Below are positions 54,346 through 55,280 of a DNA stretch of 55,280 bases, piece by piece. A program made the translations under genes and the position numbers. This stretch comes from a virus (Duplodnaviria > Caudoviricetes): IMG/VR virus record IMGVR_UViG_3300025687_000004, positions 1 to 55,280 of that record; one strand, 5' to 3'. Each line of letters opens with the position of its first letter. Positions within the stretch are counted from its first letter, which is position 1. Below the pieces are notes generated by a model, which searched no databases, was not told the DNA's origin, and saw only the letters and a program-made list of their open reading frames with translations.

Positions 54346-55280
54346 ATGCTAAATTGGACATCTAAAACTATTCAAATATCAGAATTAAAAGAATATGAGC
54401 ATAATCCCCGCAGGATAGGCAAAAAAGAATTTGAGAAATTAGTAAGCTCTATAAAACAAGATGGCTACCACCAGCGCATCATAGTCAATCAAGATAATGT
54501 TATTATAGGTGGACATCAGCGTAAGAAAGCTCTACTTGAAGCTGGTTTAAAAGAAACTGATACAGTAGAAGTTCTTATTCCAGATCGCAAGCTTACTCAA
54601 GAAGAATTAGACCGCATTAATATAAGAGATAACTTATCATTTGGTGAGTATGATTTTGATATACTTGCTAACAGATTTAATGTTGAAACTCTTGTAGATT
54701 TCGGTTTGCCTGGAGATATGCTAGTTGATTTTGATGATGATAATCTACTCGCTGATTCAGAGTATAGCCCAGAATTAGAAACTCTACCAGTAGAGCCTAA
54801 AGCAAAATTAGGCGATGTATATATATTAGGTAATCATCGCCTGATGTGCGGAGATAGTACCAATCCACATCATGTAGATAAACTCTTAAATGGTGTAAAT
54901 CCAATATTAATGGTAACTGACCCACCTTATGGAGTTAACTATAATCCAGAGTGGCGGGAGGAAGTAGATAAAGGAGATAGAAACACAGGCAAAGTATTAA
55001 ACGATGATAGATATGATTGGAGTGATGCATATGCATTATTTACAGGAGATATTGCATATATTTGGCACCCAGCATCCTATACACATAGGTTTGCAGAAAG
55101 TATAGAAAATAACGGATTTGACCTAATTAACCTTATTATCTGGAATAAACAGCATTTTGTCCTCAGCAGAGGTGATTATCATAATAAGCACGAACCTCTA
55201 TGGTATGCAGTTAGAAAAGGACAAAAGCATAACTGGCAAGGTCGTCGTGATCAAACAACAGTCTGGGATATAGATAATAA
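54346..55280 (+). CDS. ParB-N domain + DNA N4/N6 methyltransferase (5' part; continues to 389, 398 aa total)
   Basis: Translated by eye: YEHNPR...IIGGHQR (ParB), GNHRLMCGDST, MVTDPPYG; missing from the ORF track because it wraps. Confidence 0.9.
   Translation, partial: MLNWTSKTIQISELKEYEHNPRRIGKKEFEKLVSSIKQDGYHQRIIVNQDNVIIGGHQRKKALLEAGLKETDTVEVLIPDRKLTQEELDRINIRDNLSFGEYDFDILANRFNVETLVDFGLPGDMLVDFDDDNLLADSEYSPELETLPVEPKAKLGDVYILGNHRLMCGDSTNPHHVDKLLNGVNPILMVTDPPYGVNYNPEWREEVDKGDRNTGKVLNDDRYDWSDAYALFTGDIAYIWHPASYTHRFAESIENNGFDLINLIIWNKQHFVLSRGDYHNKHEPLWYAVRKGQKHNWQGRRDQTTVWDIDN
55154..55280. repeat. Terminal direct repeat (copy of 1-127)
   Basis: Exact match to the window start. Confidence 0.95.

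Noticed and set aside
55154-55280. 127-bp repeat as a biological terminal repeat
   Set aside because: Length equals a standard assembler k-mer and it lies mid-gene; it indicates circular assembly, not physical ends
1-55280. tRNA, rRNA, intron/intein or alternative genetic code
   Set aside because: No cloverleaf or intein motifs noticed by eye; core genes are intact in the standard code with high coding density

Overview
Apparently complete, circularly assembled AT-rich tailed-phage genome of 55,153 bp; bases 55154-55280 repeat bases 1-127, and a ParB-methyltransferase gene reads in frame across the join. A podovirus-like virion module (TerL, portal, GroES-like chaperone, scaffold, capsid, adaptor/nozzle, fibres, ejection proteins; no tape measure) spans about 5.6-34.3 kb. 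A leftward early operon encodes RuvC-like resolvase, HU, Bet/YqaJ and a DUF2829/Tad2-like protein. The rightward replication/modification region encodes an O-like initiator with internal iterons, DnaB, ParB/MT-A70, a nuclease and SSB. Plasmid-type genes (Rickettsia-type DnaA_N-like protein, serine resolvase, WGR, RelBE) and cargo (patatin, outer-membrane beta-barrel, Na+/solute symporter) suggest a phage-plasmid of a Rickettsiales endosymbiont (inference). No integrase, polymerase or canonical lysis genes were recognised. The most novel-looking signals are: (1) a ~60-nt covarying pseudoknot RNA element, present in 3 tandem copies before the capsid operon and once before the ejection operon; (2) a tail fibre split twice at the same point inside a conserved domain; (3) a dual-coded C5 methyltransferase; (4) a C4-like antisense RNA; (5) GC-rich palindromes embedded at equivalent positions in two ParB-HTH genes. 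All family calls come from motif recognition by eye; no searches were run.
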